From Fimbriimonadia bacterium (lineage in GTDB: Bacteria; Armatimonadota; Fimbriimonadia; Fimbriimonadales; JABRVX01): 64,000 nucleotides of DNA. The position numbers and the translations under genes are program-made. Below are positions 1 through 9,775 of the stretch, in pieces. Numbering within the stretch: the first letter of the stretch is position 1; every line of letters begins with the position of its first letter. The notes below the pieces were generated by a model, which saw only the letters and a program-made list of their open reading frames with translations, ran no database searches and was not told where the DNA came from. The DNA is taken from contig JBGPGO010000003.1 in the NCBI GenBank assembly GCA_041483895.1, positions 160,001 to 224,000 on the forward strand, read 5' to 3'.

Positions 1-2
1 TC

Positions 3-458
3 AACGGGCTGATCTCCAGCGCGGCCGCGTCCGTTGGCCCAGGCGTGACGAAGACCGAGGCGATGGCCGACCTGCGATACGAGGGCCAGTCTTGGGAGTT
101 GACGGTACCGGTGCGCAACGACCCGAACGAAGCCGTGACCGCCTTCCACGCCGTTCATGAAATGCGATACGGGTATTCGTCGCCCGGCGCGCGAGTTGAG
201 TGGGTCGCTCTGCGCGCCAGGGTCTCCGCGCCGGCGGCAGGTCTTGGCGGCGGGTCTTTGACAGTACCGCCGTCTTCCAGTCTCCCCGCCCGCACAGATT
301 GTGGCGACCGCCTGCCCGTGGTGGACCGATCGCGGTTCACTGGCCCCATCACCGGCCCGCTTCTCATTGTCCAGCCGGACACGACCTTTTTCCTCGCGCC
401 GGGCTGGTCGGCAGCTCCGGACGCGCATGGAAATCTCACCGCCCAACATACTCGGTAG
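3..458 (+). CDS. Hydantoinase/oxoprolinase family protein, C-terminal fragment (truncated by window start)
   Basis: DLRYEGQSWEL, FHAVHEMRYGY and GPLLIVQPDTT motifs typical of the hydantoinase A C-terminus; frame open from position 3. Confidence 0.85.
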   Translation, partial: NGLISSAAASVGPGVTKTEAMADLRYEGQSWELTVPVRNDPNEAVTAFHAVHEMRYGYSSPGARVEWVALRARVSAPAAGLGGGSLTVPPSSSLPARTDCGDRLPVVDRSRFTGPITGPLLIVQPDTTFFLAPGWSAAPDAHGNLTAQHTR

Positions 459-466
459 CGGCAATC

Positions 467-528
467 GGGCATATAGGACATATAGGTCGTATATGTCCTA
501 TATGTCCGATTCGTCCGATCGGTCCCAT
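467..528. repeat. 9-bp-periodic palindromic repeat between convergent genes (possible terminator)
   Basis: gggcatataggacatata-ggtcg-tatatgtcctatatgtcc forms an 18-bp stem, followed by gtccgattc/gtccgatcg/gtcccat units. Confidence 0.75.
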
Positions 529-546
529 GCCGCCTGGAAGGCAGAG

Positions 547-1605
547 TTACTCCGGCATCGGCTTATCAGAAAGCTCGTCAATGATGCCCTCGCGACGCTC
601 CTTGGCGTTCTGCGCGTCCAGACGCCCCACGAACAGCATCAGCTTCCCGCCATCGGGAAGGAGCTTCTTGATCGCCTTGCCCGCCTCACGGCCCGCCTTA
701 TAGTTGTTCGTTCCAACATAGCAGAGCCGTTTGCTCTTCGGCGCGTCGCTGTCGTGGCAGATCACGTTCATCACCGCACAGGCCCTGTTGATGATGTCCA
801 CCTGGTTCTCGGCATCATTCGGGCTGATAGACATGCCGGTAACCTTCTTGGCGATCAGGGTCTCGATCATGCGCTGCTGCTCGGCGGCAGATCCCTTGGG
901 AGGCATCAAGAATTCGCACTGGGCATTGAATTCCTTCTCCGCAACGGTGACGCCCGCTTTGGCGATGCTCCAAAAGTCCGACGAGTTGTTGGTCAGGAAC
1001 GCAACCTGCACGGGCGGGCCGGTGGGGGGAGTGCCGCTGCCGACAGCCGTGATCTGACCGGCCTTCTGCTTGTTCAGCGTCTCCGTGAACGCATCGACGT
1101 TATCCTTTTCGATGGTCTTCACGGGAATCTCCATAATCTTGTTGGCGGGGATCAGAGACTTGTCTCCGCGCGCCAGGGCCGCGAGAATCTTCACGGCCTG
1201 ATAACCGAACTCGTAAGGCTGCTGCACGATGGTGGCCTTGATATAGCCGTCCTTGATGCCGGCCAGCGTGTCCACTTCCTCATCGAAACAGACGATGTTG
1301 ACCTTGCCCTCTTTCTTCGCGTCCTTCACGGCGGACAAGATCATCGGGCCGTTGTAGCTCCACAGGCCCACCAAGCAGTTGATGTCGGGGTACTTCGTCA
1401 GGGTGTCTTCCGCGTTCTGCTTCGCCCTCGCCCGATCGGTCAGGTCCGTCTTGGTATCAAGAATCTCGTATTTGCCTGCCTTAATGGCGCCGGTCGCGGT
1501 TCCGGTCGAAGGCGTCTTGCCATCGTCCTTCGGGCCGCATCCGGCTAGTAACAATAACAAAATCGCCGAGGACCAAATGATTGATCGCAACCTCATGCCC
1601 TTCAC
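547..1605 (-). CDS. Sugar ABC transporter substrate-binding lipoprotein (RbsB/PBP1 type), circularly permuted
   Basis: Lipobox LAGC; motifs VAFLTNNSSDFW, DSDAP, YVGTNNY, LVGLWSYNGP, FDE, QQPYEFGY occur in permuted order. Confidence 0.85.
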   Translation of the reverse strand: MKGMRLRSIIWSSAILLLLLAGCGPKDDGKTPSTGTATGAIKAGKYEILDTKTDLTDRARAKQNAEDTLTKYPDINCLVGLWSYNGPMILSAVKDAKKEGKVNIVCFDEEVDTLAGIKDGYIKATIVQQPYEFGYQAVKILAALARGDKSLIPANKIMEIPVKTIEKDNVDAFTETLNKQKAGQITAVGSGTPPTGPPVQVAFLTNNSSDFWSIAKAGVTVAEKEFNAQCEFLMPPKGSAAEQQRMIETLIAKKVTGMSISPNDAENQVDIINRACAVMNVICHDSDAPKSKRLCYVGTNNYKAGREAGKAIKKLLPDGGKLMLFVGRLDAQNAKERREGIIDELSDKPMPE

Positions 1606-1814
1606 CTTCCTTGTATGTCCGAGGGGAGTTTACCCATCCGAATCGCCTCGTCGATCAAGGGTGCGACGCGGGAAACCACAGCTTCTCGCTGCTCCGGAGA
1701 CATCGTAAGCCAGCCAGCGATCTCATCCAAAGTGCGGAAGCATCCGGCGCAGTGACCCTCGGGGCCGAGAATACAAATATTGCGGCACGGGGATAGAATA
1801 TCGCCAAGTTCCAA
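1602..1814 (-). CDS. DUF1289 family small Cys-rich protein
   Basis: SPCRNIC...CAGCFRTLDEIAGW signature; TTG start at 1814 is a guess. Confidence 0.75.
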   Translation of the reverse strand: MELGDILSPCRNICILGPEGHCAGCFRTLDEIAGWLTMSPEQREAVVSRVAPLIDEAIRMGKLPSDIQGR

Positions 1815-1848
1815 GCCGTTCTGTATAATATACCAAGGAGGTCGTCCT

Positions 1849-3084
1849 ATGCTTGCTGTCATTTTATGGTGCGTGGCGATTCAACAACCCAGTCCCGTCG
1901 CGCTCACGCAGGAAACCCTGCCTCACATCCGAGAGCTGATTCTGCCGAAAGCGGCGGAAGAAGAATTCCAGCAGATCCCGTGGCGCACATCGCTTTGGTC
2001 CGCCGTGGTCGAGGCCAATCAGAAGGACAAACCGATTCTCCTCTGGGCGATGAACGGCCACCCGCTCGGCTGCACCTGAAACAACGGAGTCATCGCCAGG
2101 CGGGTCGTCTGGTCAAACCCCGATGTGAAGGCACTCGCCGCCAACTTCGTACCGGCCGCGGATGAGGTCTGGCGCCTGCAGCATGGGAAAGACGCCGAGT
2201 GCAAGCTGTTCCAAGGCTTTATGGAGAAGGGTCATTATGGCGGCCGCGTCCAACCAACGGACACGCGTCAGGGAACCTACTGCTGCACACCAAGCGGACA
2301 GTTCCTTGCTTCCTGCAACACGAATGACCCCAAGCAGATGGCGGGCATGCTCCGCACCGCGCTCAGCAAATGGAAAGAGATGACCCAAGCGGTCCGCCTC
2401 TCGTCGGAAGTCGAAAAGCCATCCGAGATTCAGCGACCGGAGACCAAATATCCGAAAGACGGCCTGGTCCTCCAAGTGATTGTTCGGGACCTGCCCCGAG
2501 AAGATGGCAAGTGCCCGGACGATTGGCGCAAGGACGCGTGGAACCAGGACTACGCCTGGTTCACCAGACGAGAGGCCGCGCAGCTGTTGCCGGCCACGCT
2601 AGAGGTCGGAGCGAAGGGGACGACGCCCGCAGCCCTGATCAGCCGATTGGCGCGCGCCCATCTCATCGATACGGTGCGTGGGCAGAGCTCTGCGTACCAG
2701 AACGGGGCAATCGAATCCGCATGGCTGGAAACGCGCATTGACAAGATCGCCGGCGACCGCGTTTCACTCACCCTTTTTGGGGCCTCGCAATCGAATGAGA
2801 AGGGAAGCTGGTCCGTCAACGGTTTTGCGGATATGAACGATCCGTCGGCAAACACGCGCGGGATCGACTGCAAATTGTTGGGGTCGGCCACCTACGACCG
2901 GTCCAAGGGGAAGTTCGTTCAATTCGAGCTGGTCGCCGCCGGGCAGCGCCACGGCGCGACGCAATACAATGGCCGCGCCGACGATCCCGGCCCAGCGCCC
3001 ATCGGGTTCGTGTTCCGGATCGCCCCGGACCTACCGCAAAACCATGTGGCGCCGACCAACTTTTGGGTATATAATTGGCAGTAA
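1849..3084 (+). CDS. Putative selenoprotein, thioredoxin-like fold (SelN-like), Sec at TGA 2077-2079
   Basis: SD AAGGAGG at 1835-1841 and ATG 1849; ORFs 1780..2079 and 2125..3084 share a frame and are separated only by TGA (GHPLGCT*NNG); SECIS-like hairpin follows. Confidence 0.8.
2095..2113 (+). promoter_or_regulatory. Bacterial SECIS-like hairpin
   Basis: gccaggcg-GGT-cgtctggt, 8-bp stem with two G-U pairs; loop starts 24 nt after the UGA. Confidence 0.7.
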
Positions 3085-3102
3085 GTTACAAGAGGTGTTG
3101 GT

Positions 3103-6100
3103 ATGGGCCGGTTATTATTCCTTTTCCTTTGTTTTGTGCAGACCAGCGTTTTATCGGCGAAGGTGATCTACGTTCGCACCGATGCGGACGACCAAAACAA
3201 TGGTCTCAGTTGGCAATCCGCTAAGCGTACAATTCTTTCGGCGATTGCGGCATCAGCCAATGGAGATCAGATATGGATCAAGGCCGGCAATTATGATCAG
3301 GCCCTAACGCTAGCGAAAAGCATTTCCATCTACGGAGGCTTTGCTGGAACAGAAACATCAGTTGATCAGCGCGATCTCGCCCACAACCAGACGGCTGTGG
3401 GCTCAACGGGTATCACGCTCAATATCGGTGGTCAGCTACAACAGGGTATTGTAATAGACGGCATCACCTTCACTCAACTCGGCGCAACGGCAGGGCAAGT
3501 AATCGTCTCGAATGCCGGCCCGTTGGAGATTCGAAACTGTGTATTCACCGGAATAACTCTAACATCGAATAGCATGTGTATCCATTCCGAGGTGACCCCG
3601 AAATATACAAACTGCCTGTTCAACAACAACCATGTCCCGACGTTGATTTCCTCCGACAATCTCACCGTCACAGGCACGATATTCCAGAATAATGTTGCAA
3701 CCGGAGGAATTCAAGTGCCGGGCTCTTGCGGCTTTTCCTATTGCACGTTCATCGATAACTCGATCTATCTAACGCTGAATTTCAATAACTCTGGGCAAAC
3801 CGTCTTGGATAACGATGTCTTTGCGCGTAACTCGATTTCCGGAGCAAAACCCCTCGTCTTGCTAGGAGGAACAATTCGGGCCACGAACGACACATTCGTC
3901 AATAACGCCTGCGACACATATGGGGTGCTGTCGGTTGGAACGAATCCAGGACTACTCGCAAATAACATCTTTGCCAGCAATCTATCCGGAATCGTGGCTG
4001 GGGTGGCTTCCGGCAGAACGATCAAGAACAACTGCTTCTACAACAATTTTATGTTCGATGCGCAAGGGATTCCAAGTCCCGTTGGCTCCGACAATAATAT
4101 CAATTTGGATCCACAGTTCGGCGATCGGATTCATGGCAATTACCACATTCAGCCATCATCGCCGTGTGTCAATGCAGGCGATAACGGTTCTGTAACTGGG
4201 GCAACTGATTTTGAGGGCCAGCCGAGGATACAAGGCGGTACCATTGACATCGGGGCCGATGAGAGTGATGGAACCGATTGGATTCCGGTTTTGCCCACAA
4301 TCTATCACGTTTCGCCATCGGGATCGGATGCCAATGATGGTTTGAGTTGGCTTACCGCAAAGAACAGCATTTCGTCAGCTTTGTCCGCCGCCGTTTACGG
4401 CGATCAGATTTGGATCGCCGAAGGAACCTACCGTGAGCAGGTTTCGATGAAAGACGGAGTGGACATCTACGGAGGCTTTGAAGGCACAGAAACGGCCATC
4501 GACAGTCGGGATATTGCTAATCATCCTAGCGTCATCGATGGTGAGAAGACCAGGACATGCGTCATCGCACCGATCCGTACAGTCGCGGTGACTCGTCTTG
4601 ATGGGGTCACGGTGGCTAATGGCGGCGGCGGGCAGGGAGGCGGGCTTTACGGCACTAATGCGGCACTAGAGATCGCGAACTGTTCGTTCATCCAAAATAC
4701 GAGCACGAATACCGGCGGTGGCTTAGAATTAGATAAGAGTGTCGCCCGGATTCAGTCATGTCTCTTCGCTTCGAACGTTGCTGCCAAGAATGGCGGCGGG
4801 GCCTATTTTGGATCAAGCTGGTTATCATGCGATCATTGTTCATTCACCTCAAATGCAAGTACAGGAGGCTATGGCGGCGGAATCTACTTTACTGGCAGCT
4901 TGCTGACGGTTGCACGATGCCAATTCATGTCCAATGAAGCGCAACAAGGCGGTGGATTGAACGCAGGCCCATCCGATAAGTCTAGCACCATCCGATTTTG
5001 CGTCTTTGATCGAAATGATGCGCAGAATTTTGGCGGAGCGCTGTCTGCAAGTGGCGGATTCTCCCTCGACAACAATACATTTGTTTCCAATACCGCTCAA
5101 AACGGTGGCGCGGCGAACTGCACCGGGATGCAGATAACGAACAATCGCTTTTCCAACAATGGGGCCTCAACTGGTGGTGCATTGTTTATCCTTGGTGGTT
5201 CCGTTGTCAACAACACAATCGTCCAGAATTCCGCCGCCATTGGTGGAGCATGTTATGAATACAGTTCCGGAGCCAATCTTCAGAATAACATCATTTGCTA
5301 TAATCATCCCGGCATCGCGGCTTCGGCGAACGGGACTTATACAAATGTTAAGTCGAACTGCATATTTGGAAATGAGGTATACGATGTCAGCGGGTTTGAC
5401 AACCCGATTGGCGCGAATGGCAACTTTTCCGCCGATCCGCAACTGGCAACTCCCTTCGGACCCAATCTTCATATTCAATCCACCTCGCCGTGCGTCGATG
5501 CCGGCGCAATTCCATCGATAAACATTGGCGATTTTGATATGGACAATCAGAGTCGGCTGATTGGCGCCGCCTATGATATTGGCGCGGACGAGTCGGATGG
5601 CACAGTCTGGCCACCGTACATGAAGAAGATTCAACATGTCAGCCCGACGGGCAATGATTCCAATACCGGCGTAAGTTGGGCGGAAGCCAAACAAACCGTT
5701 TCCGCAGCCCTTACCGCCGTAGCCGCAGGGGATGAAGTCTGGATTGCGGAAGGTACCTATCCGGAACGAATCACGATACCCGCGGGCATAAAGATGTATG
5801 GAGGATTCGCCGGTGCGGAAACGACGGTCGCCGAAAGGAAACTGGACGAACATCCGACGATTCTGGACGGCCAAATGTCAGGAACCGTAGTCACGTTCGC
5901 GCCCGGAGCAACTCTCCAAACTGTCTTCGATGGGCTTCGAATTATTAGTGGAACTGGTATTAATGGAGCGGGAATTCTCGCTCTTTACGGCTCGGAACAT
6001 ATTTCCAATTGCCACGTCTCGGGCTGCATTGCGACGAACAATGGCGGAGGTGCTTACATCGGGGCGGGCTCTCCGATACTGGAAGAGAACGTGTTTGAAT

Positions 6101-8460
6101 CCAACGCCGGCTACGGAGCCGATGTCAGGCTCTCGAACTCCTCAGCCCAATTGACCTCAAACGCATTCCGTAGCAAATCGGGTAGTCAGGTTGAATTATA
6201 TGGTTGTAATTCCACCATTGCAAATAATCGCTTCGAAAACAGTCCACATATTTACATTGATTCCTCCTCAACGATCTCAGTTACAGAAAATGTCCTGGTG
6301 GGGAAAGGTTCGGGCATTTCCTCCGATGGCGGAGGCCTGATCTCCGGTAATTACGTGTTGGGATCGGGCGTCGGCGGCCAATCACGGAATCTCACGATCG
6401 AACATAACGTCGTTGAAAACGGAAGCGGCATTCATGTCGTAAACGGCCTTGTCCGCTACAATCGTGTTGCGAACTGTTCTTCCGACAAGGGCGGTGGGAT
6501 TTCTATCGAGAACGGCGTTGCTGTCGGAAACATATTGCAATGGAACGCCGCGAGAACGGCGGGTGGCAACATTTATGTAAAAGGGACTAGTACTGTGGAG
6601 AGCAACACGTTAGTCGGCGGGTATGCGCCTTTGGGTGGCGGCGCGTACGTGGAAACAAATAATTCAGACTTTTCTAATAACATCGTTGCTCTTGGGAATT
6701 CGGGGATCGACGCTTCGGGAACACAGAATGCCGCAAAATACAATAATAATTGCTTTTTCGGAAACAAACTTTACGACTTCTCTGAACTCTATTCTGGGAT
6801 CGTGACCAAAAATGGCAACATCATCGCGGATCCAAAATTCGCAAACTGGGGTGGCTACGATTTGCATCTCAATTGGGATTCGCCCTGCCGGGACGCCGGG
6901 AACAACAACAAAATCCTAAACCTTACGACGGATTATGATGGTCAGCCGCGGATTCAGCCGACGGGAGGGACGGTAGACATCGGTGCGGATGAATCGGACG
7001 GTTCCGCCTGGCCGCCGTATCTGGCGAAAGTGATTCGCGTCGCTCCTAACGGTACTGACGACAATGACGGCCTTTCTTGGGACCATGCAAAGGCAACGAT
7101 TTCCGCCGCACTTGCCACGAGCCAGTATGGGGACCAGGTGTGGGTTATGTCCGGCACATACCGAGAGAACATCGCTCTCAAGCAGGGAGTAGGTTTGTAC
7201 GGCGGATTCGATGGGGTGGAGAATTTCCTCCAAGACCGGGCTCGAGCGCAGGATCCAACTTCGGTGATTGACGGCGGTGCAAATCCTGGAATATCGGTCG
7301 CACGCATCCTACCCTGTTCCTTGGACAACACGATTCTTGATGGATTCGTGTTGGAGAACGGCTCATCCGATTATGGAGGGGGCCTTCTCTGCAACTACAC
7401 GGACGCACGAATTGATGGAAATCTCATTGCGAGCAACGCGGCGTCTCGAAGTGGGGGAGGAGTTTATGCTGTTCCCTTTGGTGGCCTGTTTGCAGCAAAT
7501 CGAGTTACGAATAATTCGCTGACCCACAGCACGGGGTATACCGCTGCAGTCTTTCAAGGGAATTGTGTGATTGCGTCGAATCTGTTTTACGGGAATCACG
7601 ATCCGTTTGCCGGCCATGTCTCAATGACCGATGGTCTGTTTATTGGCAACACCGTTACTCGAAATGCAACTATGTTTGGCGGCTATGCGCTCGGTTGCGG
7701 CGGCACTGCCAACATTATTGATAACATCATCGCCTTTAACACCTATGGCGTTTCCGAAGCGGGCTCGAACGCCTATTTCGTCAATGACTGCATTTACGGA
7801 AACGGCAGTCAAGACTTCAATCCGGCCGCGAATGACCCTAATGGTCAAAACGGCAACATCCGAGTCGACCCGCAGTTTATCGATCGCCAAAACAACGACT
7901 ACCACTTGACGCCAGGCTCGCCCTGCATTGATGTCGGTGACGTGTACTACGGGTGGAATTATGGCCTTGACCTATCCGGCTCGCCTCGAATCAATGGGAA
8001 GGGCATAGATATGGGATGTTACGAGGTCGTTTCCACCCTGATCAGTGGGCGGATATCTTTCGGCCAACTCAGAGGCTCTCCGCCTAGGCAGATAGACGTG
8101 CTTCTGCGGAGCGCGGTGACCGGCGATGATTGGGCGCTTTATCGAGCAAATGTCGGAAGTGATGGTTCTTACGCGGTACCGGCGCCCCGAACACCTCTGA
8201 TTCTCGGAGTTCGAGCCGGAAATTGGCTCCAAAGAAATGTCATGGTCGATACCACGGTCGGAAGTAAAGAAAACGTCAACCCTGCTCTGATCAATGGAGA
8301 TGCGAATCGCGATAACCAGGTCGACCTCAAGGATATTGGATTGGTGTTCGAGGAATTCGGCGGGGATGCCGGTCCGGCAGACCTCAACCGGGATAATCAC
8401 GTTGATCTTCGAGACCTCGCCATCACATTTCTCAATTTCGGCCAGGTTGGCGACACTTAA
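3103..8460 (+). CDS. Large secreted surface protein: four beta-helix modules (DUF1565/choice-of-anchor Q-like) plus C-terminal dockerin-like domain
   Basis: Signal peptide; four modules begin V..G.D.N.G.SW..AK.TI; three end DIGADESDG and the last DMGCYE; tail GDANRDNQVDLKD/ADLNRDNHVDLRD. Confidence 0.8.
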   Translation: MGRLLFLFLCFVQTSVLSAKVIYVRTDADDQNNGLSWQSAKRTILSAIAASANGDQIWIKAGNYDQALTLAKSISIYGGFAGTETSVDQRDLAHNQTAVGSTGITLNIGGQLQQGIVIDGITFTQLGATAGQVIVSNAGPLEIRNCVFTGITLTSNSMCIHSEVTPKYTNCLFNNNHVPTLISSDNLTVTGTIFQNNVATGGIQVPGSCGFSYCTFIDNSIYLTLNFNNSGQTVLDNDVFARNSISGAKPLVLLGGTIRATNDTFVNNACDTYGVLSVGTNPGLLANNIFASNLSGIVAGVASGRTIKNNCFYNNFMFDAQGIPSPVGSDNNINLDPQFGDRIHGNYHIQPSSPCVNAGDNGSVTGATDFEGQPRIQGGTIDIGADESDGTDWIPVLPTIYHVSPSGSDANDGLSWLTAKNSISSALSAAVYGDQIWIAEGTYREQVSMKDGVDIYGGFEGTETAIDSRDIANHPSVIDGEKTRTCVIAPIRTVAVTRLDGVTVANGGGGQGGGLYGTNAALEIANCSFIQNTSTNTGGGLELDKSVARIQSCLFASNVAAKNGGGAYFGSSWLSCDHCSFTSNASTGGYGGGIYFTGSLLTVARCQFMSNEAQQGGGLNAGPSDKSSTIRFCVFDRNDAQNFGGALSASGGFSLDNNTFVSNTAQNGGAANCTGMQITNNRFSNNGASTGGALFILGGSVVNNTIVQNSAAIGGACYEYSSGANLQNNIICYNHPGIAASANGTYTNVKSNCIFGNEVYDVSGFDNPIGANGNFSADPQLATPFGPNLHIQSTSPCVDAGAIPSINIGDFDMDNQSRLIGAAYDIGADESDGTVWPPYMKKIQHVSPTGNDSNTGVSWAEAKQTVSAALTAVAAGDEVWIAEGTYPERITIPAGIKMYGGFAGAETTVAERKLDEHPTILDGQMSGTVVTFAPGATLQTVFDGLRIISGTGINGAGILALYGSEHISNCHVSGCIATNNGGGAYIGAGSPILEENVFESNAGYGADVRLSNSSAQLTSNAFRSKSGSQVELYGCNSTIANNRFENSPHIYIDSSSTISVTENVLVGKGSGISSDGGGLISGNYVLGSGVGGQSRNLTIEHNVVENGSGIHVVNGLVRYNRVANCSSDKGGGISIENGVAVGNILQWNAARTAGGNIYVKGTSTVESNTLVGGYAPLGGGAYVETNNSDFSNNIVALGNSGIDASGTQNAAKYNNNCFFGNKLYDFSELYSGIVTKNGNIIADPKFANWGGYDLHLNWDSPCRDAGNNNKILNLTTDYDGQPRIQPTGGTVDIGADESDGSAWPPYLAKVIRVAPNGTDDNDGLSWDHAKATISAALATSQYGDQVWVMSGTYRENIALKQGVGLYGGFDGVENFLQDRARAQDPTSVIDGGANPGISVARILPCSLDNTILDGFVLENGSSDYGGGLLCNYTDARIDGNLIASNAASRSGGGVYAVPFGGLFAANRVTNNSLTHSTGYTAAVFQGNCVIASNLFYGNHDPFAGHVSMTDGLFIGNTVTRNATMFGGYALGCGGTANIIDNIIAFNTYGVSEAGSNAYFVNDCIYGNGSQDFNPAANDPNGQNGNIRVDPQFIDRQNNDYHLTPGSPCIDVGDVYYGWNYGLDLSGSPRINGKGIDMGCYEVVSTLISGRISFGQLRGSPPRQIDVLLRSAVTGDDWALYRANVGSDGSYAVPAPRTPLILGVRAGNWLQRNVMVDTTVGSKENVNPALINGDANRDNQVDLKDIGLVFEEFGGDAGPADLNRDNHVDLRDLAITFLNFGQVGDT

Positions 8461-8468
8461 ACGCCAAG

Positions 8469-8497
8469 CGGCCCCGCCGGGAAGGAAAGCGGGGCCG
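8469..8497. terminator. Hairpin between convergent genes
   Basis: cggccccgc/gcggggccg 9-bp GC stem; no strong U-tract. Confidence 0.45.
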
Positions 8498-8518
8498 AAA
8501 GGCTTACGGATAGCTTGC

Positions 8519-9211
8519 TTACTTGCGTCGTCGTCGGAGCAGGGCGGCGATGCCTACGCCGACCACGGCGAACGTTCCAGGCTCGGGGACAGGGGTGAAC
8601 ACGTCCTGGGAATCCGGGGCTGTGAGGACGTACAGGTTGGTCGAGGTCGTCCAGTCGCCGTTCGTCAGGCTGGTGGCCCAGGTCTGCGCCTGGCTCCGAA
8701 CGCTGCCGGAGAAGCCGGAGTTGGCAATCATAACGTTGCCGCCGGCAAAGTCAATGCTGGCATCCAATTTGATTTCCCAGATCAGACACTGGAAGGCGGC
8801 GGCCTTCGCCGTGCTGGTCTTGGCATCCGCATAAGCGTTGGCCCACAGTCGCTTGATCAACACGGCCTTCGGGGCAGAGTAGCCGCCGGTACCTAGGTCA
8901 ACCAGGGAATAGGCCTTGCCGACGTTGTCCGTTGGGTTTATCGCGAACCCGATGGTCTTGAACGGATCGGAACAGAACGTTTCCAGGTCGATGAAGCCGA
9001 GGCCGTAGTCGGCTTCGAACTGAAAGGCTCCCATCTGGGTGCTCTCGAGAGTGCCGGCGCTGAAAGTCATCACAGGAGAAGATTTAGTGCCGATGATAAA
9101 CAGGCCGTCGCCGCCGACCTTGTCGCGAACTTGCACCGCGCTGACCATTGCGATAGGCAGAGAACAGGCCGCGACCAGGGCGAGCGCCTTGGAAACACAA
9201 ACATTTTTCAT
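8519..9211 (-). CDS. PEP-CTERM sorting domain protein
   Basis: Signal peptide; C-terminus PVPEPGTFAVVGVGIAALLRRRRK. Confidence 0.92.
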   Translation of the reverse strand: MKNVCVSKALALVAACSLPIAMVSAVQVRDKVGGDGLFIIGTKSSPVMTFSAGTLESTQMGAFQFEADYGLGFIDLETFCSDPFKTIGFAINPTDNVGKAYSLVDLGTGGYSAPKAVLIKRLWANAYADAKTSTAKAAAFQCLIWEIKLDASIDFAGGNVMIANSGFSGSVRSQAQTWATSLTNGDWTTSTNLYVLTAPDSQDVFTPVPEPGTFAVVGVGIAALLRRRRK

Positions 9212-9286
9212 TACGATAGCTCCTTGGTTCGAAGTAACCGGCCGGTGTGGCGTGCGGTTAGAGTGATACAGCTATCTGCGTTTGGG

Positions 9287-9302
9287 GCAAGCTTCGTGCC
9301 AA
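9287..9302 (-). promoter_or_regulatory. Sigma54 (-24/-12) promoter
   Basis: Minus strand TTGGCACGAAGCTTGC matches TGGCACG-N4-TTGC with exact GG-N10-GC spacing, about 75 nt upstream of the PEP-CTERM ATG. Confidence 0.75.
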
Positions 9303-9456
9303 GTGAGCGTGGGGCGCGCGAATCCCGGTTTCGATGCCGGTCCGTTGGGGTGAGATTTCGGTTTCTCCCCACGAATCGGGTAAGGAGGCAGGATTCGGCC
9401 CAATGCCGAGGGGTGGGCGCAAATTCGCCCCGCATTTAGGTATTATTTTGGCTCTC

Positions 9457-9543
9457 GCCGACCTGGTGAAATTGGTATACACGCTGGCTTCAGGTGCCAG
9501 TGCTCGCAAGGGCGTGGGGGTTCGAGTCCCCCGGTCGGCACCA
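9457..9543 (+). tRNA. tRNA-Leu(CAG)
   Basis: GCCGACC/GGTCGGC acceptor stem, ctggc-ttCAGgt-gccag anticodon arm, long variable arm, GTTCGAG T-loop, CCA end. Confidence 0.97.
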
Positions 9544-9611
9544 TATTTACCCCGTTCGCACGGTATAATGCGCGGGCTTGGCAAGTGAACAGACAGGGAG
9601 CCGCAAGAGTA

Positions 9612-9770
9612 ATGAAACGAACGTACCAACCGAACAACCGACACAGGCACCGCACGCACGGGTTTCTCGTTCGAATGAGGTCGAAAGACGGCCAAAACGT
9701 CCTCAAGCGACGCCGGGCGCGTGGACGGCACGAAATCGCCGTGGTCAGAAAGCGCAAGCTTGTCAAGTAA
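9612..9770 (+). CDS. rpmH: 50S ribosomal protein L34
   Basis: [22 protein letters not shown]...RRRARGR. Confidence 0.97.
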   Translation: MKRTYQPNNRHRHRTHGFLVRMRSKDGQNVLKRRRARGRHEIAVVRKRKLVK

Positions 9771-9775
9771 ATCCC

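Noticed and set aside
301..1548. Long + strand ORF (415 aa), and similar shadow ORFs such as 26735-28753 and 38917-40077
   Set aside because: Antisense or off-frame to well-supported genes, with no recognisable motifs; expected in GC-rich DNA
8461..8520. SRP RNA suggested by ccgggaaggaa
   Set aside because: Lacks the surrounding conserved helix context; better explained as a hairpin between convergent genes
9544..9611. oriC/dnaA region next to rpmH
   Set aside because: No dnaA gene and no recognisable DnaA-box cluster; tRNA-Leu lies upstream instead
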